Shown: positions 9,294 through 18,671 of the stretch, piece by piece
Layout of the letters: the number at the start of each line of letters is the position of its first letter
Numbering within the stretch: position 1 is the stretch's first letter
DNA from: Bacteroidia bacterium
GTDB taxonomy: Bacteria; Bacteroidota; Bacteroidia; B-17B0; Aurantibacillaceae
Assembly: GCA_016787445.1 (NCBI GenBank)
Contig: JAEUTQ010000015.1
Coordinates: forward strand, 769 to 64,768
Direction: 5' to 3'
DNA length: 64,000 nucleotides
Made by a program: the position numbers and the translations under genes
The notes under the pieces: generated by a model
Database searches by the model: none
What the model was told of the DNA's origin: nothing
The model's input: only the letters and a program-made list of their open reading frames with translations

Positions 9294-10272
9294 TCCATCA
9301 AATACTCCCGAGTATTACATCAACGGAATTTTAGCCGGCGATATCACTGTTCTAAGCCGTGCCATTACGCTTATTGAATCGACAAAAGCGGAACATCAAG
9401 AATTAGGCGGAAAGGTGATAGACGGCATCATGCACAAAACCGGACAATCCTTTCGTTTAGGAATTACCGGTGTACCTGGTGTGGGAAAAAGTACCTTTAT
9501 AGAAAGTTTCGGTTTACATTTAGTAAATAACGGTCACCGCCTTGCTGTTTTAGCCATCGACCCAAGCAGCCAGAAAAGTAAAGGAAGTATTTTAGGCGAT
9601 AAAACACGCATGGAAAAACTCTCTGTTCATGCGAATGCTTTTATTCGTCCTTCTCCCAGCAGCGGAACTTTAGGTGGCGTTACCAAAAATACATTTGAAA
9701 CCATTTTACTCTGTGAGGCGGCCGGATTTGATTTTATCATTGTAGAAACGGTGGGAGTTGGTCAAAGTGAAATTGCCGTTAGCCAGATGACTGATTTCTT
9801 TTTATTACTGATGTTAGCAGGTGCCGGCGATGAATTGCAAGGTATTAAACGCGGCATTATGGAAATGGCCGATGCACTTCTCATTACCAAAGCCGACGGA
9901 AACAATTTACAAAAAGCTAAAAACGCGAAAACAGAATACACGCACGCTTTGCATTTATTTCCACCCTCAGAAAGCGGATGGATTCCGAAAGTGGAAATTT
10001 GCTCCAGTATACAAAATGAAGGCATCAAAGAAGCTTTACAAATCATTGAATCTTATAAAAACTTAAGTATCACAAATGGTTACTTTTCATTGAAGCGTAA
10101 ACAACAATTAAGCGATTGGCTACACTACAGCATCAGCGAGCAATTGAAAGAAAAATTCTACAATCATCCTTCCATCAAAGAAGAATTAAAAAATATTGAA
10201 AAGAATTTAGACAGCGGAAAAATCAATCCGTATCGCATCGCTTCCGAGTTAATTTCCAAATGGAAAAACTAA
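9286..10272 (+). CDS. meaB: MeaB/ArgK-type G3E GTPase (methylmalonyl-CoA mutase-associated chaperone family)
   Basis: 328 aa. LSRAITLIES, P-loop GVPGVGKSTFIE, ETVGVGQSE, ITKADG. TTG start at 9286 overlaps the amn stop by 8 nt. Confidence 0.85.
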   Translation: MSNPSNTPEYYINGILAGDITVLSRAITLIESTKAEHQELGGKVIDGIMHKTGQSFRLGITGVPGVGKSTFIESFGLHLVNNGHRLAVLAIDPSSQKSKGSILGDKTRMEKLSVHANAFIRPSPSSGTLGGVTKNTFETILLCEAAGFDFIIVETVGVGQSEIAVSQMTDFFLLLMLAGAGDELQGIKRGIMEMADALLITKADGNNLQKAKNAKTEYTHALHLFPPSESGWIPKVEICSSIQNEGIKEALQIIESYKNLSITNGYFSLKRKQQLSDWLHYSISEQLKEKFYNHPSIKEELKNIEKNLDSGKINPYRIASELISKWKN

Positions 10273-10365
10273 AATCGTTTTAGCTCTCAAAAAGCCAATA
10301 ATTCCTTAACAATTAGCTCTTATTTTCAGTGATAAATAGCTTAATTTTAAGCTTTCCATTTTACT

Positions 10366-13300
10366 ATGAAAAAACTTTTACTTTTTGTCTTTACCGCATT
10401 GTTTTTAGTAACGAATGCAAATTCTTTAATCGTTGAAAATCCTTATGCGAACAGCTTTAAAAAAGCGTATGCACTCTACCCTTCTGTTCCGAAAGGAGTT
10501 TTAGAAGCTGTGGCTTGGACACAAACCCGTTTCACGCATTTATCCAATGAAGAGAACAGTTGTATCGGAATACCGCAAGCTTTTTCCGTTATGGGATTAA
10601 CGGAAGATGGGAAAGATTATTTCCGCAGCAACCTTTCCTTTGTTGCGCAACTTTCAGGATTTAGTGAAAAAGACATTAAACAAAACGCGGAAACTTCCAT
10701 CATTGCATATGCCGCAGCATTTAACAAACTGCAAAGTCTACATGCTAATTTTTCTTCCAATCCGGCAGATTACAAAAAAATATTGGTTGAGTTAAGTGAA
10801 TTACCTGTTGTAAATAATCTCACCAATGATTTTGTGATGAACAGTCACCTATATCAGTTATTCTGGTTTTTAAACAAAGGAGAATTTCAAGACGCATATA
10901 ATTTCCCGGATTATCATTTGAATCTCGAAGAAATTTTTGGCGATAATTATTCTGTCTTATCTTCATCGTCATTAAAAGTTTCTTCTTCATCCGTATCTAC
11001 TCCTAACGGTCAGCAATACAAGTCAGGTTTATTAACCCTGGCCTCTCCCGATTACCCCTCCGCTATTTGGAATCCGACAACATGTAATTTCAGCTCTCGT
11101 TCAGGCACACAAATTTCAGCTGTAACCATTCACTTTGTACAAGGTTCTTATGCCGGGTGTATTTCATGGTTTAAGAATTGCAGCGCCAATGCATCTGCGC
11201 ATTATGTGATTCGCAGCTCCGACGGACAAGTCACACAAATGGTGTTAGAGGCAGATAAAGCCTGGCACGTGGGCTCTGAGAATCCCTACACATTAGGTAT
11301 CGAACACGAAGGTTATGTGAGCAGTATTTCCTGGTTTACTACAGCCATGTATAATTCATCCGCAGCACTAGTGAAAGATATGTGCACAAGCAATTCCATT
11401 AATCCATTACGTTGTTATTTTGGTCCGAGTTGCTCAGGCACAACAGCTCAATGCTTGCAAGGTTCCTGTGTGAAAATAAAAGGGCATCAAATGTATCCTA
11501 ACCAAACGCACACCGACCCGGGACCAAACTGGAATTGGGAACGTTTTTACAAATTGCTTAACAATACATATACCGTAACAACGTATACCGCATCTTCCGG
11601 AAACTTTTACGATTCTGGAGGAGCAAGTGCTAATTACACCAATGACGAAAGAAAACTTTGGCTCTTTACAAAACCCGGAGCTACCAACATCACTTTAAAC
11701 TTCACATCGTTTAATACTGAAAAGAATTACGATTATCTCTTTATCTACGACGGAGGTAATGTGAACTCCCCTCTCATTGGTAAATATTCAGGAACGGTGA
11801 GTCCGGGTCCTATCACTTCTACTAACGATAGTTTATTGGTAGAATTCAGAAGTGATTGTGCAACCTTGGCTTCAGGATGGGTTGCCAGTTATACAACTAA
11901 CGTAGTCGTGACCTCCGCACCGGATGTAATCGCACCAACGACTTCTGTAGCTACATTAGGCGCCTGGAAAACCACCACCTTTAGTGCTACTTTCACAGAT
12001 TTAGATAATACCGGCGGTTCAGGCGTAGAAAAAGGATACTATCAGGTAATTGATTTTAACGGCACCGAATGGCGTGCCAATTATACGCGTGGTTTCTTCG
12101 CCGATAATTTTGATAATGCCATTCACCCTGAGTGGACACAAAAAACAGGCACCTGGGGCATCAGCAATAATGCACTCGAACAAAGTGATGAAACAAGTGC
12201 AGCCGCAGGAAACACAAACATATATGCTTCCCTTACTCAAAATTTATCGAATCGCTATTTATACCACTTCTTAGCTAAAATAGAAGGAACAGGAACAAAC
12301 CGCCGCGCGGGATTGCATTTCTTCTGTGATAATGCCGACAGTACCAACCGCAACAACTCTTATTTTGTTTGGTTCAGACTTGATGATCAGAAAATTCAAA
12401 TCTATAAAGTAGTGAACAATAATTTTGGTTTACCAAAAATTGATCAGGCACTTGCTTTTAACGCGGCGCAGTGGTACGACATTAAAGTAATTTACGACCG
12501 CATCACCGGAAAAATATCGGTGTACATGAATAATGCGTTGGTGGCCACATGGACCGACCCATCGCCATACGCCAATGGAAATTTCATTTCCTTCAGAAGC
12601 GGCAACAGTAAATTCAGTATTGACGAAATAAAAGTATACCGTTCTCGTGCAGCAACTACAAACGTTAGTGTTGGTCCGGGTAACGCGAATGATATCCGAT
12701 ACCAGAATCCAAGTCCAACTCAATTCAGCGCCAAAGTAAAATCCATTTGTCAGGATTCGGCAGGAAACCTTTCTCCGATTTACTATCACGACTTAAACAT
12801 TGACTGGACACCTCCGGCTAATATCACTTTTGTAAATGATGGTAACGGTTCAGACATTGCCACAGCCTGCACCAAAGACTCCTTACTCGCTAATTGGAGT
12901 GCAAGTGCCGATACCAATTCATCCGTAACATTCTATTCTTACTCCATTGGTACAAGTGCGGGTGCAACAGATGTTTTAAACTGGACCAACAACTGGGCTT
13001 CTACATCTATCAGCAGTCAGAGTTTAAGCTTAACGCACAACACCACCTATTATTTTAATGTAAGAGCTGAAAACGGAGCGGGACTATTAAGCAATGTATT
13101 CAGCAGTAACGGACAAAAAGTAGATACTACCTGTATTGGAATTGGCGTACAAGAAAATTTCAATGTATTGAATGTATCTGTATTTCCGAATCCTTTCACC
13201 AACACACTACAGATTGATGCAAGCGGATTAGAGAACACGGAAATTTTAGCGGAAGTGTTTGATGTAACCGGACGCGAAGTATTAAAATATATGCTTCGTG

Positions 13301-13416
13301 GTAAAACGACCGATAACAAACTTTCGATTAATACAAGCCAGCTTCAGCAAGGCGTTTACACTCTAAAATTAAGTGCCGGACAAAAAAGTCAAACTTTCAA
13401 GCTATTAAAACAATAG
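10366..13416 (+). CDS. Multidomain T9SS-secreted N-acetylmuramoyl-L-alanine amidase (PGRP/Amidase_2) with CUB-like, LamG-like and FN3-like modules
   Basis: 1016 aa with a signal peptide. Amidase_2 core ASAHYVIRSSDGQVTQMVLEADKAWHVGSENPYTLGIEHEG..HTDPGPNW. CUB-like module GNFYDSGGASANYTNDERKLWLF..NYDYLFIYDG..LLVEFRSD..GWVASY. Concanavalin/LamG-like module RRAGLHFFCD..YFVWFRLDDQKIQIYKV..FSIDEIKVYR. C-terminal VFPNPFTNTLQID..GVYTLKLSAG..FKLLKQ is a type-A CTD. Confidence 0.75.
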   Translation: MKKLLLFVFTALFLVTNANSLIVENPYANSFKKAYALYPSVPKGVLEAVAWTQTRFTHLSNEENSCIGIPQAFSVMGLTEDGKDYFRSNLSFVAQLSGFSEKDIKQNAETSIIAYAAAFNKLQSLHANFSSNPADYKKILVELSELPVVNNLTNDFVMNSHLYQLFWFLNKGEFQDAYNFPDYHLNLEEIFGDNYSVLSSSSLKVSSSSVSTPNGQQYKSGLLTLASPDYPSAIWNPTTCNFSSRSGTQISAVTIHFVQGSYAGCISWFKNCSANASAHYVIRSSDGQVTQMVLEADKAWHVGSENPYTLGIEHEGYVSSISWFTTAMYNSSAALVKDMCTSNSINPLRCYFGPSCSGTTAQCLQGSCVKIKGHQMYPNQTHTDPGPNWNWERFYKLLNNTYTVTTYTASSGNFYDSGGASANYTNDERKLWLFTKPGATNITLNFTSFNTEKNYDYLFIYDGGNVNSPLIGKYSGTVSPGPITSTNDSLLVEFRSDCATLASGWVASYTTNVVVTSAPDVIAPTTSVATLGAWKTTTFSATFTDLDNTGGSGVEKGYYQVIDFNGTEWRANYTRGFFADNFDNAIHPEWTQKTGTWGISNNALEQSDETSAAAGNTNIYASLTQNLSNRYLYHFLAKIEGTGTNRRAGLHFFCDNADSTNRNNSYFVWFRLDDQKIQIYKVVNNNFGLPKIDQALAFNAAQWYDIKVIYDRITGKISVYMNNALVATWTDPSPYANGNFISFRSGNSKFSIDEIKVYRSRAATTNVSVGPGNANDIRYQNPSPTQFSAKVKSICQDSAGNLSPIYYHDLNIDWTPPANITFVNDGNGSDIATACTKDSLLANWSASADTNSSVTFYSYSIGTSAGATDVLNWTNNWASTSISSQSLSLTHNTTYYFNVRAENGAGLLSNVFSSNGQKVDTTCIGIGVQENFNVLNVSVFPNPFTNTLQIDASGLENTEILAEVFDVTGREVLKYMLRGKTTDNKLSINTSQLQQGVYTLKLSAGQKSQTFKLLKQ

Positions 13417-13460
13417 TTTAGGCGCATTTTTGGGGATTTCTCTTCTGAAATCTGATTTTT

Positions 13461-13478
13461 ATCAGTAATATTACTGAT
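13461..13478. promoter_or_regulatory. Perfect 18-bp palindrome upstream of the mla operon (candidate operator)
   Basis: atcagtaat|attactgat, 45 nt upstream of the mlaE ATG. A third CTGAT half-site lies at 13452-13456. No T-run follows, so it is not terminator-like. Confidence 0.3.
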
Positions 13479-13522
13479 AGGAATAGGCTATGAAAAAAGT
13501 CTAAAATCAGAACTTAGTCGCA

Positions 13523-14293
13523 ATGATTAAAAACAAAGCATTCAATGAATTTTTAAATGAAGCCGGAAATATTTCTGCATTCACCGGTCGTTTTTTTAAA
13601 GAATGTTTCAGACCGCGTTATGAATTCGGTGAATTTTTAAAACAGTGTTATTTTATCGGTTATAAATCATTAGGCTTAGTAGGCGTTACGGCATTTATTA
13701 TGGGCTTAGTAATTACCATGCAATCTCGTCCTACCTTAGTAGAATTCGGTGCAGAAGCCTGGTTACCCAAAATGGTATCCGTATCCCTCATTCGTGAAAT
13801 TGCCCCTGTAATTACCGCGCTCATTTGTGCCGGTAAAATCGGTTCGGGAATGGGAGCCGAATTAGGTTCGATGCGCGTAACCGAACAAATTGATGCCATG
13901 GAAGTATCCGGCACTAATCCCTTTAAATATTTAGTTGTAACCCGTGTATTCGCTGCCATCTTAATGATTCCGATTTTAGGCGTGTTGGCAGATGCCATTT
14001 CCTTATACGGAGCCTATTTGGGTTGCAATATACATGGCGTGGTGAGCTGGCAATTATTCTGGAATCAGGTTTTTGAAACAAACGCGTATACCGATTTAAT
14101 TCCCGCTGTATTAAAAACATTTTTCTTTGGTTTAGCCATTGGAATTATCGGATGCTATAAAGGCTACACCACCAGTAAAGGAACTGAAGGCGTTGGACGC
14201 TCAGCGAACTCTGCCGTGGTAATTGCTTCCTTACTCGTGTTTGTATTAGATTTAATTGCCGTACAAATTGCTGACTTATTAGGATTAACGTAA
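13523..14293 (+). CDS. mlaE: MlaE-family ABC transporter permease
   Basis: 256 aa, multi-TM. REIAPVITALICAGKIGSGMGAELGSMRVTEQIDAMEV is the MlaE/Ttg2B signature. Confidence 0.85.
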   Translation: MIKNKAFNEFLNEAGNISAFTGRFFKECFRPRYEFGEFLKQCYFIGYKSLGLVGVTAFIMGLVITMQSRPTLVEFGAEAWLPKMVSVSLIREIAPVITALICAGKIGSGMGAELGSMRVTEQIDAMEVSGTNPFKYLVVTRVFAAILMIPILGVLADAISLYGAYLGCNIHGVVSWQLFWNQVFETNAYTDLIPAVLKTFFFGLAIGIIGCYKGYTTSKGTEGVGRSANSAVVIASLLVFVLDLIAVQIADLLGLT

Positions 14294-15063
14294 TGCTGAA
14301 AGAAGAAACACAACATACCACACAAACTTCCTCAGGCGATTACGTGATGAGCATTCGTAACCTTTACAAAGGTTTTGGAAGCAATAAGGTATTGAATGAT
14401 TTCAGCTTAAACATTCCGAAAGGAAAAAGCATTGGTGTATTGGGAAAATCAGGTTCCGGAAAATCGGTTTTAATAAAATGCATCATCGGATTAATGCCTC
14501 CTGATTCAGGAAGTATTAATGTATTAGGACAAGAAGTTCCGAAATTAAATAACGAAGATTTAGATAAACTACGCGTTAAGGTTGGTTTTTTATTTCAGAG
14601 TAATGCTTTATACGACTCCATGACGGTAAGAGAAAATTTAGAATTTCCTTTACGTCGTCACTGGATGAAAAAAGAAACACGCAATGTAAATGATTTGGTG
14701 ATGGAAGCATTAGAGGCAGTTGGACTTGGCCATACCGTTGACATGATGCCTTCCGAATTATCGGGTGGTATGCGTAAACGTATTGCCATTGCGCGTACAT
14801 TAATTTTGAAACCGGAAATTATATTATACGACGAACCAACTACAGGTTTAGATCCGATTACAGGAAGAGAAATCAGTCATTTAATGGTAGAGGTGCAAAA
14901 GAAATACAATACAACCTCCATCATTATTTCGCACGACTTAAACTGCGTAAAAATCGCGGCAGACAGTTTAGTAATGCTGATTGAAGGAAAAAATTACGCG
15001 GAAGGAACTTTCAATGAAATGAAAGCTTCTACTGATCCGAAAATAAAATTATTTTTTGAGTAA
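14293..15063 (+). CDS. mlaF: MlaF-family ABC transporter ATP-binding protein
   Basis: Walker A GKSGSGKSV, signature LSGGMRKRIAIARTL, Walker B ILYDEPTTGLD. The start overlaps the mlaE stop (TAATG). Confidence 0.85.
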   Translation: MLKEETQHTTQTSSGDYVMSIRNLYKGFGSNKVLNDFSLNIPKGKSIGVLGKSGSGKSVLIKCIIGLMPPDSGSINVLGQEVPKLNNEDLDKLRVKVGFLFQSNALYDSMTVRENLEFPLRRHWMKKETRNVNDLVMEALEAVGLGHTVDMMPSELSGGMRKRIAIARTLILKPEIILYDEPTTGLDPITGREISHLMVEVQKKYNTTSIIISHDLNCVKIAADSLVMLIEGKNYAEGTFNEMKASTDPKIKLFFE

Positions 15064-15064
15064 C

Positions 15065-16042
15065 ATGGCAAACGAAACAGGAAGAAATTTAAAATTAGGC
15101 GCCTTTGTATTGGCCGGTACGGTATTTTTAATTATTGTACTCTACATGATTGGCGCCAAGAGAAATTTATTTAGCAATACATTTACCATCACTGCTGACT
15201 TCTACAATGTGAATGGTTTAATGGCCGGCAACAATGTGCGTTTCTCCGGAATTAATGTAGGCACCGTAGAAAGTGTAGAAATAATTTCGGATTCATCGGT
15301 GCGTGTGGTGATGTTGATACAAGATAAAGTAAAGCAATACATTAAAAAGAATTCGGTTGCTACGGTTGGAACAGATGGTTTAATGGGAAATAAACTCGTT
15401 AACATTAACGCCGCTAAAGATGGCAGTACAGCTCCGAGCATTGATGAGGGCGATGAATTAAAAACATTAAGACCCATTGAAACAGATGAGATGATTCGTA
15501 CACTAAGCACCACCAACGATAACATCAAAAACATCACCACCGATTTAAAAACCATTGCGCAAAAAATAAACAGCCGTAATACCTTATGGAGTTTATTAAT
15601 GGATACAGTGGTGGCTGAAAACATTAAGCAAGCGGTGGTGAATATTAAAATGGCAGGTAACAACGCCGCCGTGGTAATTGGCGATTTGCATTACTTAACC
15701 AAAGAAATGAAAGGCGGTAAAGGATTAATTGGAACCTTAATTACAGATACTACACTCTCTACCCGCCTCGACCATACCATGGTTAAATTAAACCTGGCTG
15801 GCGATAATCTCGCTGTGATAACAGGGGATTTAGGAAATGTATCGAAGAAAATAAATACCAACGAAGGTACCTTAGGTATGTTGATTATGGATACCATGTT
15901 TGTGAAAGACTTAAAATCCGCCATGAAAAATTTAGACAGCGGCACCGGTAACTTCAACGAAAACATGGAAGCCTTAAAACATAACATTCTCTTAAGAAAA
16001 TACTTTAAGAAAAAAGCAAAAGAAGCGGAGAAGAAGAAGTAG
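15065..16042 (+). CDS. mlaD: MlaD/MCE-domain protein
   Basis: N-terminal TM LKLGAFVLAGTVFLIIVLYMI. MCE core FYNVNGLMAGNNVRFSGINVGTVESV. The track begins at TTG 15056; ATG 15065, just after the mlaF stop, is the more likely start. Confidence 0.8.
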   Translation: MANETGRNLKLGAFVLAGTVFLIIVLYMIGAKRNLFSNTFTITADFYNVNGLMAGNNVRFSGINVGTVESVEIISDSSVRVVMLIQDKVKQYIKKNSVATVGTDGLMGNKLVNINAAKDGSTAPSIDEGDELKTLRPIETDEMIRTLSTTNDNIKNITTDLKTIAQKINSRNTLWSLLMDTVVAENIKQAVVNIKMAGNNAAVVIGDLHYLTKEMKGGKGLIGTLITDTTLSTRLDHTMVKLNLAGDNLAVITGDLGNVSKKINTNEGTLGMLIMDTMFVKDLKSAMKNLDSGTGNFNENMEALKHNILLRKYFKKKAKEAEKKK

Positions 16043-16159
16043 TAGCCTTCTTATAAAGATATTTTTCTTTTATAATAACATAGCACGGCTATAGTTACAT
16101 TCTAAGTGGTATTTCAAAATATCAAATTTTTACTTATTTTTATTTTATCTTATTTCAAC

Positions 16160-18598
16160 ATGAAAAAACTATTCTTTTCTTTTGCTTTAACATCAAGCCT
16201 ATTCGCATTTGGTAGTGATGATTTCGGGAAATTTTCTCTTAAACCAGGATACATAGAGAATAAAGGACAAATTCGAAATCAATTCTACGAACCTAATTCG
16301 GATGTTAAATTTATTCTACCTATGAATGGTATGAATCTTCTATTAAAAAGCAAAGGGTTTAGTTACGATAGTTATAAAATCACAAACTTAGATTCATTTG
16401 AAAAATGGGAAGATTTAATCGACCCTATTAAAAAAGAGAACAGGAAAATCAACTGCACTTTTCACCGAATCGATGTTGATTTTATTAATTGCAATAGTAA
16501 CAGTATTATACTTACTGATGGAAAAAGCAACGATTACCTAAATTATTATGCCGATTTTCTTCCGGAAGCTGGTGCAACAAATGTCCACACATACAACAAA
16601 GTAATCTATAAAAACATTTATAATAATATTGATATTGAATTTGTAATAAGTAATAAAACCCGTACTGCTGAGTATAATTTTATTCTTCACCCTGGTGCGC
16701 GACTTCAAGATATTCAACTGCAATACAAGGGTGCGCATTCGATAGAGTTAAAAAACGGAGAAATTAAACTAAAAGTCAATCATGGATACATTAAAGAGAA
16801 TATTCCTTTAAGTTTTTGGAGTAAAACAGGGAAAAAAGTAAATATCAAATATCAGATAAAAGAATCTAATGGCTATACAATTGTTGGATTTAACGGATTA
16901 AGTGAAACTATTTCACAAACGCTTATTATCGACCCTACGCCTAATTTGGATTGGGCCAGTTACTTTGGCGAAGGAATGGGAGATGAAGTTCGCGCCTCTA
17001 CAATAGATAAAAACAATTTTATTTATTATTCCGGCATTACGGGTTCTTCAAAATACATTGCTACTTCAGGTGCATATCAAACTACTTTTTCACCGGGTTA
17101 TAATTGCGGGTTTATTACCAAATTCACTACCGCAGGTGTTAGACAATGGGGGACTTATTATCTATGCAGCGGCAGTTCAGTAACTTTAAATAGCATCAGC
17201 TTAGACAGATCAGGCAATATTATTACAGCAGGTCACACAGGATGCACAGGCACTGTTTCAACCACCGGCGCCTATCAAACAAGCTTAGCCGGAAGTAAGG
17301 ATATACTTTTAGTAAAATTAAACAACTCCGGGCAACGTTTATGGGCTACTTATTATGGCGGAGTTGAATTAAATTTTGAAGAGGAACTAGGCTTTGCATG
17401 TAATGACACTTTAGGTAACATTTATTTGACAGGCATCACAAGCTCAACGGCAAATATCACCACGCCTGGTTCATTTCAACCCAATTATTACTCAAGTGCC
17501 TCTTTTATTGCTACTGATGGCTTTTTAGCCAAGTTTGACAGCATGGGAAATAGACAATGGGCAACTTATCTGGGAGGTGAACGCTATGAATACATTCACG
17601 GAATTTGTATCGGCCCGGATCAGCATCCAATTATTGGTGGTTATACCGATTCTAAAGATAGCATCTCAACTCCCGGAACTATGCAAACTAATTTTATAAG
17701 CGGATCATATGATGGATTCATTATGAAATTCACTCCCTCAGGAATGAGACAATGGGGCACTTATTATGGTGGAGATGGCAGCGATTATATATATGGAATA
17801 AATTGTGACCGCTTTGGCAACATTGGCGTGTGCGGTAATACAACCTCAGGTATTAATATAGCAACGACCAATGCCTTTCAGCAAGCATACGGCTATAATT
17901 TTGTTGGCAGATTAAACAAAAACGGCATTCGTTATTGGGGAACATACCAAGGACCCGCACTAACTTTCTTGCCATCCTCAGCTCTAACTCTCACTTTTGA
18001 TTCAATTGGAAATTTATATTGTGGAGGTGGCACCGCTTTCGCAAATAACATTGTGACTCCGGGAGCCTACCAAACCACTATTGATGGCAACGGTGACGCC
18101 TTCATTCTTCGGTTTGATAGTTCCGGAACTAAAGTTTTTGGTACTTTGTTTGGTGGAGATGAAAGTGACGATATACAAACATTAAGCGTTACTCAACCTA
18201 ACGAAATTTATTTTGGTGGCCGTACCCGTTCAATAACAAAAATCGCAACACCGGGGTGTCATCAGCCTAATTACGACAACTATTTCTTACAACTAATTGT
18301 GGGTATGTTTGGTAAATTCTCCAACACCGGCGCTATTGGCATAAATGAATTTACCAAAGCGAATGACAACAACGAATTAATAGTTTACCCTAACCCCAAC
18401 TCAGGTGAGTTTACACTTTTGGCAAAGGAAGATTTACAAATAACCATTATAAATGAACTTGGCGTTATTGTACACAAAGAAAATTACAACACCCAGAAAC
18501 CTCAGCTAAAACTTAATTTGCCTACCGGCGTTTATTTTATTAATGCCATTAAAAAAGATGGCAGTAATTTAAATAAAAAGGTGATGGTAATGAAATAA
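16160..18598 (+). CDS. SBBP beta-propeller-repeat protein with a type-A T9SS C-terminal sorting domain
   Basis: Repeated units of the form WGTYYGG..D..GN.Y..G.T.S....T.GA.Q....G..D.F..KF...G (SBBP repeats). C-terminus VYPNPNSGEFTLL..GVYFINAIKKDG..KKVMVMK. The likely start is MKKLFFSF at 16160, not the track start at 16106. Confidence 0.75.
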   Translation: MKKLFFSFALTSSLFAFGSDDFGKFSLKPGYIENKGQIRNQFYEPNSDVKFILPMNGMNLLLKSKGFSYDSYKITNLDSFEKWEDLIDPIKKENRKINCTFHRIDVDFINCNSNSIILTDGKSNDYLNYYADFLPEAGATNVHTYNKVIYKNIYNNIDIEFVISNKTRTAEYNFILHPGARLQDIQLQYKGAHSIELKNGEIKLKVNHGYIKENIPLSFWSKTGKKVNIKYQIKESNGYTIVGFNGLSETISQTLIIDPTPNLDWASYFGEGMGDEVRASTIDKNNFIYYSGITGSSKYIATSGAYQTTFSPGYNCGFITKFTTAGVRQWGTYYLCSGSSVTLNSISLDRSGNIITAGHTGCTGTVSTTGAYQTSLAGSKDILLVKLNNSGQRLWATYYGGVELNFEEELGFACNDTLGNIYLTGITSSTANITTPGSFQPNYYSSASFIATDGFLAKFDSMGNRQWATYLGGERYEYIHGICIGPDQHPIIGGYTDSKDSISTPGTMQTNFISGSYDGFIMKFTPSGMRQWGTYYGGDGSDYIYGINCDRFGNIGVCGNTTSGINIATTNAFQQAYGYNFVGRLNKNGIRYWGTYQGPALTFLPSSALTLTFDSIGNLYCGGGTAFANNIVTPGAYQTTIDGNGDAFILRFDSSGTKVFGTLFGGDESDDIQTLSVTQPNEIYFGGRTRSITKIATPGCHQPNYDNYFLQLIVGMFGKFSNTGAIGINEFTKANDNNELIVYPNPNSGEFTLLAKEDLQITIINELGVIVHKENYNTQKPQLKLNLPTGVYFINAIKKDGSNLNKKVMVMK

Positions 18599-18671
18599 TA
18601 AACTATTATATAAATAAGTTAGATCAGTTGAATTAGCGCCCAACTCAAACTCATTCATTAAACCTCAACGT

